A stretch of 64,000 nucleotides of DNA, from contig OX597820.1 of NCBI GenBank assembly GCA_951406725.2, forward strand, positions 94,178,001 through 94,242,000, given 5' to 3'. Made by a program: the position numbers and the translations under genes. Under the pieces are notes generated by a model, which was not told where the DNA came from, ran no database searches, and saw only the letters and a list, made by a program, of their open reading frames with translations. Numbering within the stretch: the first letter of the stretch is position 1; every line of letters begins with the position of its first letter. Source of the DNA: Octopus vulgaris. Taxonomy: Eukaryota. Shown in pieces: positions 12,922 through 26,972 of the stretch.

Positions 12922-13360
12922 TAATAATCCTTTCTACAATAGGTACAAGGCCTGAAATTTTGGGAGAAGAGGGCGATCGATTACATCGACCCCCAGTGTT
13001 CAACTCGTACTTATATTATCGATACGGAAAGGATGAAAAGTAAAGGCGACCTTGGTGAAATTTGAACTCAGGTCGTAAAGACGGACGAAATGCCGCTAAG
13101 CATTTCGTCCAGCATGCTAACGATGCCGGCTGCTCACTGCTACACAATAATAATGGTTTCAAATTTTGGAACAAAATTGGGAGAGGTTAAATCGATCAAA
13201 TCGACCCCAGTGTTCAACTAGTACTTATTTTATCGACCCCCCTAAAGGATGAAAGGCAAAACCGACCTCGGCAAAATTTAAACTCAGAACGTAAAGACAG
13301 ACGAAATGTCTCTAAGCATTTTCCCGGCGTGCTAACGATGCTGTCGATTCGCGGCTATAC
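12922..13360 (-). mobile_element. Two tandem family-A SINEs
   Basis: Reverse complement of the unit, seen twice. Confidence 0.85.
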
Positions 13361-13364
13361 AATA

Positions 13365-13700
13365 TGGTAACAACAACATCACTATAAATTACACCGCATT
13401 CCGCACACCTTCACATAACACAACATGTCACCCATCCTCACCATCATCGCGTGCTGCACAACTTTTCCACCAGATATTACACAACATGACAGGCAATGCT
13501 ACACAACAACATCAGCACATACAACACAACAACAGCATCAGCACCACAACAGTATATACCACACAACAACATATACCGCACAACATCACCACAACACACA
13601 AAACACACCACACAATACAACAAACACTACGATGTAACCACATCACAAGTCACTATTCCACGCTCCACAACACTAACTACATACCAAACCTCAAAGTGAC
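13365..13700. repeat. CAC/CAA-rich low-complexity tract
   Basis: Direct inspection. Confidence 0.75.
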
Positions 13701-14185
13701 TAAATCCCTTAATACATCATGCCATGCACCTGTAAAGCACCCCCTCACACACAACGGTACATGTAGTTTAATACATTCCTAGTGACTATTTCCATTGAGT
13801 GTCCTACTCTACCAGAAAACCGAACCCTGATTTTAAGAACGAAGTCCATAACGGTATTTGTTCTGCACCGAGTTACCAATACACCTTTGTTACTTTTGCT
13901 GTCACTTTCTGTCGGAAACCTGTAACTAATGACGCTATTGTTTACCTGCTTAGATAAATAAACAAATAAAATGAGGGGTCACAATGGGGTCTTTCCGTCT
14001 GCATAAAGTAGCAACCAATTATCCCTCAAGTCACTTCTTAAATGAAAAACAGTGCATTGGATAATGTACTCTTACAGAATCCTTTAAAAAGGCGGGGTAG
14101 ACAGCTAGAATGCTCGATCAAGATTAACTAAGGGTCCAACAACAACAAAACCTTTGTGGGAATCTCTAGCGCACAAATTAATTCC

Positions 14186-14245
<60 letters not shown>

Positions 14246-14858
14246 ATTTTCCATTTATCACTCAATGAATTAGTCTATCACTTGCTCTCTCTCTCTCTTC
14301 GTCTCTCCCTATAACTTTCTATTTATCACTATGAATTACAGTCAACGACTTGCTCCCTCTCTCTCTCTCTCTCCTTCTGTATGTATGTATGTCATACTTT
14401 CTAAACTGAAAGAAACTGGACACAGCTATTATTTAGCTAAGAATGTGGAAAGAGAGAGAGAGTGGGGGGGGAAGAGCGTTCACACCAATTAACACCCAAG
14501 ACAGTCTTTTGTCAAACTAACAACATAAACCACAGCTAACCAACCATCTGACCGACCAACCAACCAACCGACCCACTAACCAAACAAACAAACAAGACAT
14601 GCAGACAGACAGCCTACTTGTCTACCTTTCCTGGCTGTCAGTCACCATGTTCTCTAGTCATATACCGCTTTCATGACAAGCTAGTCAGCCATTTAGCCGA
14701 TTGTCTGTCAAAGAGTCATCCAGACCTTGCGACATCTACCCCAGATGAACGCCTGTCAAGGAGCTTCAATCTTCTAGAAATAGCAGCTAAATTTCACTCA
14801 AACACCATAACTCTGTCTTTAACTCTTTGCCTGTTTTCTGTCAAATGTGACAGACAAT

Positions 14859-15172
14859 GAAGGCGCGTGGCTAAGCGGCTAGGAGTATTCAGCGCATGAT
14901 CATAAGGTCGTGAGCTCGATTCCAGATGGTTCGTCGTGTCCTTCAGCAAGGCGCTTTATTTCACGTTGTTCCAGTCCACTAAGCTAGTAAAAATGAGTTG
15001 TACCTGTAATCCAAAGGGCCAGCATTATCACATTCTGTGTCACGCTGAATATCCCTGAGAACTACGTTAAGGGTGTGCGTGTCTGTGAAATGCTCTGCCA
15101 CCTGCACGTTAATTTCACGGGCTGGCTGTTACACTGATCGGATCAACTAGAACCCTCGTCGTCGTAACCGAC
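14859..15172 (+). mobile_element. tRNA-derived SINE with the family-C 3' module and a different head
   Basis: Head gaaggcgcgtggctaagcgg...tcgattcc. The 3' module gtcacgctgaatatccctgagaactacgttaaggg...ccctcgtcgtcgtaaccgac is shared with the copies at 42633 and 52128. Confidence 0.8.
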
Positions 15173-15695
15173 ACAGGACATATGTCCCTGGCGTCCATGC
15201 ATCATGTAGGATACATACTCCCAATTGTTTTCACCCACCAGAGTGACTTGGGAACATACGAGGCAAGAGATACCTAAAAGTCTGAAAACAAGCATGGACG
15301 TTTAGGACAAACTTGTGAACATGTTTCGGACAGGCAACAGGTGAAATAAAGGACATATTAAATAATGTAGTCCAGATGAAAAAAAAATATTAGACAATGT
15401 AGTTGACAACTGAAAACAAGAAGATAATGTCATAGCTGGAACGTTTTTGGCCACACCTGGTTCTAGACATAAATAATTCAGTGATGGACCACTATGTACT
15501 GACTCGAATCGCTAGAAACAGCAGCCAAAATATCTCTTAATCCTTTTGATAGCAAACCACCCGAGACCCCCCTTGGTTCTATGATAAAGTTTCCCATTTT
15601 AAAGTGATTTGAATAAAAGACTTCCACCTGTTAATTTGTGTTCCAAAATTAATTGAAACAAAGGCAGCATATATCAACAGAAATATGGTAACTTC

Positions 15696-15931
15696 CAGGG
15701 CAAGCGTTTGGAAATGCGAAGCTCAGAGAATTGTCGGTGGAGCCCTCTACTTTACAAAAGCTAAAGATTGATGTTTTGTATAGTACACCAGTCCCAGCCA
15801 AAAAGTGTTGAGGGGTCGAGTTCCCACTATTAGCCACAATGATATACTAAAATTTCACCAAAGCGTCCTTCTCTCGAGTGTGTGCGCGGGGCCCAATTTG
15901 AACTTGACTAATTGACTTAAAACCGGCCCTG
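15696..15931. mobile_element. hAT (Tip100-like) MITE
   Basis: cagggc...accggccctg ends; 8-bp TSD gtaacttc / gtaacatt. Confidence 0.65.
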
Positions 15932-17069
15932 GTAACATTTATATTCTACCATAGCCAAATACCTCTCAAATAGTTAAATGCGGAAATAATTATTGGTATA
16001 CAAATGAATGTATAATGTAGGCAGAGAAGTTGAAGGTTTTGGAGCAGTTATCCATAAAATTCTTTCTCACATTGAAACTTACAGATCAGCTGATCTCTAT
16101 GATGTACATAAATCTTGTTTTGTCTTTTTGTTTTTTTTTTACTGTCCCACACAATTACATCAGTCTTGTTCTGTTTGCACACGGCATGAGTTATGATGAA
16201 AATTTTCCACAAATATTCCTTGTGTTGAAACATGTATTCAACAACGGAAGTATTTTATATATACATGCGCACACGCACAGACATTTCCCAGACCAGTCTT
16301 TCGTTATTGTGTATTGTTTTAGCAACACCATCATGCCACATTTGAAGGTATTACTTTAATGACATTTCTGGGCAGCAGCTGCTAATCAGACGTATAATAT
16401 CTTCTACAGTATGTTTACTTAACTGACATATTCACTTGCATATTGGGAGTTTAAGGGCTTTATTGTTTCTTTAGTTTATTAGGCATTTTTCTAGCTATAT
16501 CCTGCTTTTAGATTTCAAAGCCTTCGAACTGTCAAAATATGACGTCATATGACACTCAGGAGTCACACAAAGACTATACATCCGACCAGTGTTAGTATCG
16601 TTCCCAAGTTAACGAGAAACATATTCATGCATCATCATCTTCTCTCTCTCTCTCTCTCTCTCTGCAGTGTAACTCGTTTCTCATCCCAATGAATGTTTCC
16701 GGAAGTGAGCACTTCTTGAAGATTTCACTTCCGATTTGTAGGATGCTGTTCTCTTCACTTTTCAGTAGTATATAAATTTATTGCTGTTGTTTAGCAGATG
16801 CTGTATGTGTGATACCATAAGGCACTCAAAGACCGGACTAATCTAATCTTTAACCTTTTTCCATCTGAGATGGATCCTGTCATTATCACTAATTCTATGG
16901 AATTAGTTGACCAGGTTTTTGAAAGCTTTTTAATGACACTAACTAGGCCAGCAGATACTTTTGTCATGAGCAGAAACTTTTGCGGATTTATTATTAAATA
17001 ATGAAGATAATGAATAATAATTAATAAAAAGAAGAAATTATTATAATTACTATTATTATTATTAATATT

Positions 17070-17290
17070 AAGGAGGTGAGCTGGCAGAATCGTTAGACCA
17101 CCGGGCAAAATGCTTAGCGGTATTTCGTCCGTCCTTACATTCTGAGTTCAAATTCCACCGAGATCGACTTTGCCTTTCATCCTTTCGGGGTCGATAAATT
17201 AAGTACCAGTTAAACACTGGGGTCGATGTAATTGACTAGTTCCCTCTCCCAAAATTTCAGGACTTGTGTCTTTAGTAGAAAGGATTATTA
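17070..17290 (+). mobile_element. Family-A SINE between (TTA)-rich tracts
   Basis: Consensus match. Confidence 0.9.
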
Positions 17291-17319
17291 TTATTATCAT
17301 CATCTAACTGCAAACGGCT

Positions 17320-18445
17320 CAATTTTATCAAAAAAGTTTGGCTCTTCATTGGGATCCCTTCATTCCAAAGCCTGCCCATTAGTTTCTGTACTACTGGACT
17401 CGTAATGGAAATTGGTTTACATTATACTCAAGCAAACAATGGATGCATAGTTTTCTACCAAATCAATGTTTTCATACTTGGTTACAAAATTTGATATGCG
17501 AAATTAGTTTTCTAATATTAGGAAACTAATTTCGCATATCAATCTTGCTTTTTATTCTTCTTTTAAGTAGTCGTATCTCTGACTTTCTGTAGAATATGAG
17601 CAAGCAACTATTAAGTGTTTTCCAGGTACCTTCCCATTATGCAGTCGTCCTATAGATTTGACTAAAGTTTTAACACTTTGTCTTGTGTATCACAGGTGAT
17701 ATACAGAATATATTTTCCCGGAGTCCACGTGTCATATACGATACATATTCCCATGTTTTTTCAAACAACAGAGCAACTTGGAGACTTAGTAAAGCTTGTT
17801 ATTACTCAAAACATATGAAATAAGGGCAAACTAAAAGTCTAAAAACAGACAAGGCTCTTTAGGATAAAATTGTGAAATTGCTTTGGAGAAGCAGAGTTAA
17901 AATCGATTGTGTAGGTTTTACATTTCAGATCTTAGCCCAAAATGATTTAAGATATTCATGAGAAGGGACACATTTACAAAGATACCGTTTTTCTTTATCA
18001 TACAAGAGACCCTTGTGAATTAGAAGCTAATTTGTGGTTAATGTTGGATCGCTGAAGTAGCCTCACCCCAACCTGCTAATCGCACTCACAATTAAGTTTT
18101 TACCCAACGTCTTGATTCATATTTGGATGTAACAAATTTCCCTGCAAGTGTAAATCCCTAGTATGCATTTTAAGCCCACATTTTAACTGATGTTCTGTTA
18201 ACTTATCTACCTTGCACCTTATAATGGTATTGACATGTCTAATTTTGCGGCACACTTGGTATTTCCTTATAGTTTTATTATCCACCTATATTCCTTACGT
18301 TGAGTTATTTCGTAACCACATGCACTGTGGTTATCTCCTAGGTATTCTTTCAGAGTGATGGTAGTCGTATGCAAGCTGGTATTGGTAGTCCAGTCTGTAC
18401 TATCACGTATTTTCATATGGTTTCCAAATATATCATCAATAACCA
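17320..18445 (-). mobile_element. Highly decayed R4/Dong-like non-LTR fragment (N-terminal and early RT region)
   Basis: Minus-strand peptides KSIGRLHNGKVPG (cf. NWKAPGPDG) and PISITSPVVQKLMG (cf. RPITCLPTMYKLLTG). Many stops and frameshifts. Confidence 0.45.
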
Positions 18446-18454
18446 TTGTGTATG

Positions 18455-18518
<64 letters not shown>

Positions 18519-19713
18519 GTTAACAGTATTGTATGACTGTGTGGATAAGAAAATAGTATGCAGTTATGTACACTGAATTAGCTTGTGCGTGTGTTTTAAT
18601 TTTATATACTTCGAACGGGATGTTTCGGTTAGATTTGAAAGCAAACCCACCGAAGGCTTACACACACACAAACACACACACACACACACTCACATATATA
18701 CACACACACATACATACACGTATATACACACACATACAAATGTCAATGGGTTATCCACCGATTTGGACGATAAGTGACCCAGTTGTTCCAACTACTTATT
18801 CACTGAATTATAATGTAAATAACTGAGTATTCCGCAGACAACCTTGTAGCCTTAACGTAATTCTCAGAATCAGGGTGAACACGATATGGAAGTGACAAGT
18901 CCTAAAGCTTTATTCATACAGTCTTGACGGAATGCCTCAGAGTTTCCGTGCTGCCATTTTTAATTCACAGGGGCCTGGGTCAGCCCATGTAGAAGGCTTG
19001 TAGAAAACTCATGCTGAAGGTGTCACTCAGCAAGATTGATCGCGAGACCTCATGACTGTTAATGAACTTCTTAATCACGCTGTGTGTGGAGGAGCGAGAT
19101 GTTGGGTGAGAGAGGGGGGATTGAGTGAATGAGAGAAAGCGGAGTGTTAACGGATGATAAAGTCCAACTAATCTTTATGCAATGTAACCTTCTCAGGGAT
19201 CAGGTCACAGTCGAGCGACGAAATTTTTGACACCACAAAGCAAACAATAAAAGTTTAAGTGTAGTTAACAGTCTTTGTGTGGTTTTGAATGACTAACATG
19301 TGCTTTCCATGCTGCAATCGTTTTATTTTCAACACATGGCCTCAAATCAAATCACCTGCCTGACAAATGCACCCTCTATAATCTCTATCGTTCGCATTTT
19401 TGCATCAGTGCCGTATTGTCTCCTGCGACAAAGACATGTAACCTTTAAATGGTCCATCGCACCTAGGTGTGAGTAAGTACTGCGGATTAGTAACACCTGA
19501 CTGCATAGTGTACAATACGCTCTACAATTAGTCAGTCAGTGAGACAACCAACTCGATATGAATGAAAAATGAGGTTTGGACGCGATTTGAAACTGAGATG
19601 CGTGTTGATGCATTAAGTACTAAGGGGCAGAATGTGTATGTGTGTGTTGTACATTGTATAATTCAAGGAGTTCTCTCTTGGCAAAGCAAATGCAAGGGTA
19701 TATTGTGTTTGTT

Positions 19714-19951
19714 AAGGCGGCGAGCTGGCAGAAACGTTAGCACGCCGGGCGAAATGCTTAGCGGTATTTCGTCTGCGTTACGTTGTGAGTTCAAATCCCG
19801 CCGAGGTCGACTTTGCCTTTCATCCTTTCGGGGTCGATACATTAAGTACCAGTTACGCACTGGGGTCGATGTAATCGACTTAATACCTATGTCTACCCTT
19901 GTTTTTCCCCTCTGTGTTTAGCCCCTTGTGGGTAATAAAGAAATAGGTAGG
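19714..19951 (+). mobile_element. Young family-A SINE (long-tail variant) with 11-bp TSD
   Basis: TSD ttgtgtttgtt at 19703-19713 and 19952-19962. Confidence 0.9.
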
Positions 19952-20135
19952 TTGTGTTTGTTTATTGACAGCAAGCCAAAAGCATATGCAAATTAGTAGT
20001 AGGACCATAGACCCGTGGAGTTCTTATGCAAGTTCCCAGCTTTTCCCCCATATCTTAAGACAAGCACTATGTGAGAAAGAGAGCGTCGGGGCAACATTTT
20101 GCTTCAGAAACTTTACACGTTTTGTGTGTGTGTGT

Positions 20136-20177
<42 letters not shown>

Positions 20178-20531
20178 ATGTGCGGGAGAGTGAGTGCGGG
20201 TGTGTGTGTCTGTGTGTGTGAATGAAATAAAAAAAAAAAGTCAACGAAATACAAATTCGGCTGCGCGCGTGTGTGTGTAAATACGACTAAAGCCGGGTAG
20301 CTGTTTATGTTGTGATATCAGTGTTGCAGTGTCTCCGTTTATAACAATATTATTATTATTGTTGTTAGGTCAAATTCTATTGGCTGGGATTGTGAACTTC
20401 CAATGACAGTCGTTTTAGACTACAATTCATCATTTCTGTCCCAGGCCGTCTCGCTCTCTGCTTTTCTATATATATGTGTGTATGTATATACATCACAGCA
20501 CCTTTGTACTTATATGTATATATATATATAT

Positions 20532-20563
<32 letters not shown>

Positions 20564-20639
20564 ATATCATGTTGTTTGCTGTCTTTTCAATACATTGAAT
20601 TTGTCTTTTTATTTCTACACCTACACATAAACGCACAAC

Positions 20640-20900
20640 CATATATGTAAACATATGTACAATTACGTATATATACACTTAATATATATATATATACATA
20701 TATATATAGTTATATATATATATGCATACACACACATACATATATAGTTATATATATACATATACATAGTTATATATATCTGTATATATATTTATATATA
20801 TACATACACACACATACATACATATATAGTTATATATATATACATATACACACATATAGTTATATATATACATAGTTATATATATATGTATACATATATA

Positions 20901-20936
<36 letters not shown>

Positions 20937-21080
20937 CATAGTTATATATATATATATATACATACATACATTTGTACATATACATATGTACGTATATACA
21001 CATACGTATACAAATACATACACATATTTACATTTACATACAAACATATATGTACACACACAGACGTGTGTGTGTATGTA
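20640..21080. repeat. (TA)/(CA)/(TACA) compound microsatellite
   Basis: Direct inspection. Confidence 0.9.
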
Positions 21081-21439
21081 TACAGGCGCTTTAAACGAAC
21101 ACGCCCGTATCTGAGCGAGTATTCATTCAAAAATATACACACAGGTACGTGTGTATATATTCCGTAGAACGAATAGAAAGACAAAAGCCGTTACTGAAAA
21201 GATGTTTATAAATAACAATAAGGCAATCGAAATCGGTCGCGTGTGCGCGTGAATGTGTTTGTGTGTGTGTGTTTATGGTTTTTGGTGAATTAGTAAATGA
21301 ATCCAGAATGGGGTAGAGTGTGTGATGGCAAGAACTCTTGGAAAACGGTAGATGAAAAGATTTCTCATCTACTTCTCCTTTACCTCACTGGAGAAGCAGA
21401 TAGTGAACGAAACCTTGATTGTGTGTGTGTGTGTGTGTG

Positions 21440-21707
21440 GATAGACAGACAGATAGACAGATGGATAGACAGATAGACAGATGGATAGATAGATAGACAG
21501 ATGGATAGATAGACAGATGGATAGATAGACAGATGATAGATAGATAGATAGACGGATGGATAGATAGATAGAGAGATAGACAGACAGATAGATAGAGAGA
21601 TGGATAGACAGACAGACAGATAGATAGAGAGATGGATAGACAGACAGATAGATAGATAAATAGATAGATAGACAGACAGACAGATAGACAGACAGATAGA
21701 CAGATAA
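21440..21707. repeat. (GATA)/(GACA) microsatellite
   Basis: Direct inspection. Confidence 0.9.
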
Positions 21708-22194
21708 ATTTGTTTCTACGCATGGTTCTGTATGAAAATTAACGTATTTTCTTGTTACAAAAACTGATGTACATTAAATAAACAATTGCGTTGATATATA
21801 AAAATAGCAACCAACAATACGACGATGAAGACCAATAAAGGAGAACATGAACCACAACTTGAAGATTTAAGGGAAGAACGATGGACTCAAATATAAGCAA
21901 AATAGTTTGAAAGGCTAACACAATGAACAAAACAGGATCGGGTTTCATTGTTGAAAGGGATCAAATTGTAAGCGTGTAGACGGGTAGGTTAACTGTGACG
22001 GGCACTAGCATGGATAGCTAACTGGAAGATCTTAGTAATGATATAGGTAAAAATATGACAGTATCATCATGTTTCACACAACTCGCTGAATGCGGAACGT
22101 TGTTTTTATTGATATATGCGTATAAGACAACTACATGTAACGCATACATACACATTGCTATGCCTTATCATATAGACTGTTTTGTGTAAATCAG

Positions 22195-22242
<48 letters not shown>

Positions 22243-22247
<5 letters not shown>

Positions 22248-22385
22248 GAAGCTTCCTGATGATTTCTTTTGAATGAAACAGTTCTAGTCCTGTAGAAGCT
22301 CCTTCTATAAAATAAATTAATTTACTCTGCTATGTATTGAGTACCTTATTTACTGTGGTTAACCCCGACTCAACCCGGGACCTAC
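22243..22385 (+). mobile_element. ~140-bp hammerhead-bearing mini-element embedded in (TA)n (Penelope-derived or retrozyme-like)
   Basis: (TA)n on both sides; starts with the 18-bp palindrome atcaggaagcttcctgat. Confidence 0.6.
22250..22300 (+). ncRNA. Type I hammerhead ribozyme
   Basis: agcttc-CTGATGA-t.ttc(tttt)gaa.t-GAAA-cag(ttctagtc)ctg-TA-gaagct. 6-bp helix I, 4-bp helix III, GUA cleavage triplet ending at 22294. Helix II has a U-U mismatch at 10.1/11.1. Confidence 0.75.
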
Positions 22386-22493
22386 ATATATATATATATA
22401 TATATATATAAATTAAACATAGTGTAGGGGAATGCCCCAAGTATATAGCATTGTTAATAATCACTTTAATTGGCGCTGGCGATACCTTTTCGG

Positions 22494-22740
22494 CGGAGCT
22501 TTGAAATAGCTATACTTCGAAGTCCCACACTTCATTGGAAAGGAAAAGGGACAGAGATGAAGGGCAAAAAATTGTTCACTAAGAAAAAAATTCAAATTTT
22601 GCAAAAGATATTGCTCAGAATCATAATTTCCCTTGAATGAAACACAGGAATACTAACAAATGAAGGAGTGAGTGGGAAAGTTACTCTTTCTCTTTACCAC
22701 GAGGTATGGGACTTCGATCGGCAACTATTGCAAAATTGCG
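22494..22740. repeat. Imperfect ~55-bp inverted repeat (old MITE/foldback)
   Basis: tcgaagtcccacacttc versus gaggtatgggacttcga, with similarity extending on both sides. Confidence 0.5.
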
Positions 22741-23287
22741 TCCATGTAAATTGAAAATAATGGTTTCTAATTTAGACTGAACATTTTGGACGAAACTCGT
22801 GTAACCTATTAGATCGATCCAAGTAATTTAGCTAGCACATATCAATTGAAGAAGTAAAACAGACAAAAATCAATCCTGGGCAGGATTTGAACTGACGGTG
22901 TAAAAGAGAATACCTTACAGACTACCACGATAGTTTTGTCCACCACTCTACCAGTTGAACCAAATGAGGTAGAAAACGACCGTAACACAACACCAGAAAG
23001 TAGAGAAAGGAATTTGTTAATGAGAGTACAGTATTGTTGTAGTTAAAGAGCACGAAACACTCTAAGAAATAGCTAATGAAAGAACCTAATTAATAAGGCA
23101 GAAGAAGAGATTCTAATTTCTCAATCAGTGTGTTTGTCTTATATACTTTATACAAACACTATAGCGTGTGCCACTCCATATACATACACGAGTGTGCGCC
23201 ACTCTATACATACACACTATAATATGTGTGCGTGTGTATGTTTATATAAATACACTACAGTCTATGCCTCTATATTTATATACACGC

Positions 23288-23341
<54 letters not shown>

Positions 23342-23986
23342 ATCTTTCAGCTAGGAGGCTGAAAACATGCTGGTTACAACACACACGAAAACATGGATAT
23401 GAAACAACAGTGTGTGATAGAAAGAAGAGAGAAAGTGAAGCACAAATGAAAATTTACCAGATCAAAAGCAAAATATAAACAAAAGCTACACTTTAAAATA
23501 AATTTCAGTGCAGATGTGAATAAGAAAATAATATAGACAATAATAATAATAATAATAATCAGAATAACAAATAATGAATGGAAAATAAAATAACAATATC
23601 AAAACAAAAAATGGACCCCAAAAAATGCAAATAAATAAATAAATAAAACCAATTGAACAACAATAACGACAAGGAGTGTAGTGAAAAAAATCAAATCGAA
23701 TATATGATGAAATCTTAACTATATATTAAAGGAAAGGGTATATGTGTAAAACAGGTTGAGAAATTTGGGACAAAAATATCGATGATCGCATGCGAAACCC
23801 CAAATGAACTGTCAACTCAAGCAGTTATAATTTATATAACGTGTGTGTGTATGTATGCAGGTATGAGTGTGTGTATATGTATACTAGAGGCATGAGCAAA
23901 CGAATGTACGGCCCATACACTTTGGCGCATTATTTCTCTACATATCTAATTTTCCATGTTTATTTACACACTTCATGTATAATATA

Positions 23987-24041
<55 letters not shown>

Positions 24042-24895
24042 CATATACTCTGACATTAAATAATATTATATATTTGCTTTAGGCTAAGATCTAAGTTTAC
24101 CTTCACGTCGTAATAAATGAGCCGTACATACCGTGGTGTACCAATACATATATTACACATATACACACATAATGGGACGCGTATATGCGTGTGTATGTGT
24201 GTGTGTGCGTCTTACTGTTTGTAAGTGTTTATGGTTGTGTATTTTTGTTAGAGTGAACAGATTTGTAGGTCATATTATTCACTTACCTGCCATAGTTAAG
24301 TCTCGAGTTGTTTGTTTGTAGAAAGAGAAAGGTAACTTGTATTGCCGGTGGTAAATATATCAAGTAATAAAAAGAAAATAAGCAAAAATCCGCTGACGGC
24401 GAAGATGACTGTATCTTTTTTTTTTTCTTCTTCTTTTAGTTATATATTATTTTGATTCAATTTAGTTAAGTATTTTCTCTTTTAACTAGATATGTTTAAA
24501 TTCCCTCAAATTCGTGTGAAATAACTTTATAACAATTGACACTATATAGTTGTTACGTTTTTCCCTCCCTTCGAAAGTGTTGTTCGATATCTCAGATTTG
24601 TGTTTATATAGACGTATAACTCCGTCAGATATAAAATAATTTGTTGGAATTTTTTTTTCCACAATACTTTTTTAATTATCAATTGATGGTATTGTAACTG
24701 TTGTTAGTCTAGTTGTTGTTGTTGTTGTTGTTATTCCCACTATTCTTGCAAATAGTTACGACTCGATTGTATCACTCGACTCGATTAGAAACAACACACC
24801 AGTGCAACTAAAACACGAAACACAAAAACATATGATACATATATGTATACATATAAAGTATATATATATCTATATATACATATATTTATATGTAC

Positions 24896-24937
<42 letters not shown>

Positions 24938-25477
24938 TTGATGCTTAGCGAGCAACTAGTTTGACGTACCAAGCAACTGTTTAATCATAGCAGTAGCAGA
25001 GAGAGAGAGAGAAACAGAGATAGAAAGAGGGGGAGATAGAGAGGAATAACAACAAAGAATGGCTGGTACGTTGGTGGTGGTGGTGGAAGTAGTAGTAATC
25101 ATAGTAGAGTCAATGGCAGGGTAAGGTAAGAGATGCGAGAAGAGAGGCACTTGAGTATTACCGAATAGAGCAAAACTAAGGAAGTTACTTATGGTTATCA
25201 TTATCGGCAGAAACGCGAGGGTGTCGGACAAAATGCCTTACGGTACGGTACTTACTCTGGTACTTTTACACCTATAAGATCAAATCTTGGCAAGTCAACT
25301 TTGCTCGATAAACTAAATACCCGACAAGTACTTGGGTCGATCTAATTGACTGCTTTATTCGTTTTGTGCCTTAACGCCATTCAGTTATGACGTTCTGAGT
25401 TCAGATCCCGCGGAAGTCTACTTCGTCTTTCAATCCTTTTGGGTCGATAAAATAAAGTATCTGTCAAGTATTGGGGT

Positions 25478-25802
25478 GGAGGCGCAATGGCCCGGTGGTT
25501 AGGACTCGCGGTCGAAGGATCGCGGTTTCGATTCCCAGACCGGGCGTTGTGTGTGTTTATTGAGCGAAAACACCTAAAAGCTCCATGATGCTCCGGCAGG
25601 GGGTGGTAGCGACGACCCCTGTTGTACTCTTTCGCCACAACTTTCTCTCACTCTCTCTTCCTGTTTCTTGAGTAACGCTGCGATGGACTGGCGTCCCGTC
25701 CAGCTGGGGGGGGGGGGGAACACATACGCGACAGAAACCGGGAAACTGGGCCCATGAGCATGACTAGGCTTGAAAAAGGGCGACGTTTATCGTTTTATCG
25801 TA
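25478..25802 (+). mobile_element. tRNA-derived SINE (family-C head plus V-domain-like module) nested in a family-A SINE
   Basis: 14-bp TSD tcaagtattggggt (25464-25477 / 25803-25816). Contains ctgcgatggactggcgtcccgtccag...cagaaaccggga. Confidence 0.85.
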
Positions 25803-26208
25803 TCAAGTATTGGGGTAGGGGGTCGATATCATCGATTGGAGTCCCCCCCTCAAAATTGCTGGCTTTGTGCCAAAACCAGAATCAGTTATTATTATTGTTG
25901 TTATTGCTGAGGATTGTGGATTCGCAAACTCGTTGACGTCGAACATTTTTTTCTGGTAGTTAGATGCGTTCGTCTACGTTCTGAGTTCAAATCATACCGA
26001 TGAAAAAACATTGCCTTTTCTCCTTTCGGGTCGATAAATTAAAGTACCAACCAAGTACTTGGGTCGATTCAACCGAGTTCACTTCTACCCCTATCCACAT
26101 TGCAAGCATTGTGCCTATGTTACAAACAATTATAATTGTTATTGGTGTTTAACCCCAGGTTAGTCCTGATCATGTAGTCCTATGATCATAAGTACTCCAA
26201 CCATGACC

Positions 26209-26427
26209 ATCCTGCTTTTTCTTGTAGCAGGAAACCGGGACTACATTATCCAATGCGTCCGTTTTTTTAAAGACGGTAATATGTGATTTAAGGGAGATTT
26301 AGCTGCTATTTTTAGCATATCCTGCTTTTTCTTGTAGCAGGAAACCGAGACTACATTATCCAATGCGTCCGTTTTTTTAAGACGGTAATATGTGATTTAA
26401 GGGAGATTTAGCTGCTATTTTTAGCAT
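26209..26427. repeat. Near-perfect 110-bp tandem duplication within a family-D element
   Basis: The unit atcctgctttttcttgtagcagg...gctatttttagcat occurs twice. Confidence 0.9.
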
Positions 26428-26855
26428 GTGGAATGACTACGCAGCTACTCTCTCGCTGACTCGCTGTCTGGTAGTGAGTGATGTCGTTTTGTCCTATGTC
26501 AGCTATGACTGAATAAGCCTATACACAAAGCTATTCCATCCGTGTCCGTCTGTATCCATCCATATCCATTCGTGTCCATCCATGTCCATTCAGTTTCTAC
26601 AGAGTCCGGCGTGTGCTCTTTTAATAAAGTGTACTCTTTTAATCGCCATTTATCGGAGATTTGGCTGCTGTTTCTAGTACGTCGAACAACTACGTAGAGC
26701 CACCCCAGGAGAACGAGGGGGAAATACCCATAGATAAGCTGAATTTGCCATAGTTTCGAAACCACTTCATTTGGCTTATATTAATATCACACAATCTTTT
26801 TTTTTTCAAAGGGCGAATCCTCTAAATAGTTGTTAGGCTTGCAAGAAATAATATA

Positions 26856-26919
<64 letters not shown>

Positions 26920-26930
26920 ACTCACTCACT

Positions 26931-26972
<42 letters not shown>

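Noticed and set aside
20748-21723. Long ORFs rich in YI/CV/HT/CMYV/LS (also near 31049, 37340, 39934, 56921, 60437)
   Set aside because: Stop-free translations of microsatellites.
24322-24331. 10-nt microexon (tttgtag|AAAGAGAAAG|gtaact)
   Set aside because: Frame-shifting length, no gene context, and cannot be supported without RNA data.
25478-25545. tRNA genes at SINE heads
   Set aside because: Only A/B-box-like remnants contiguous with SINE bodies; no cloverleaf.
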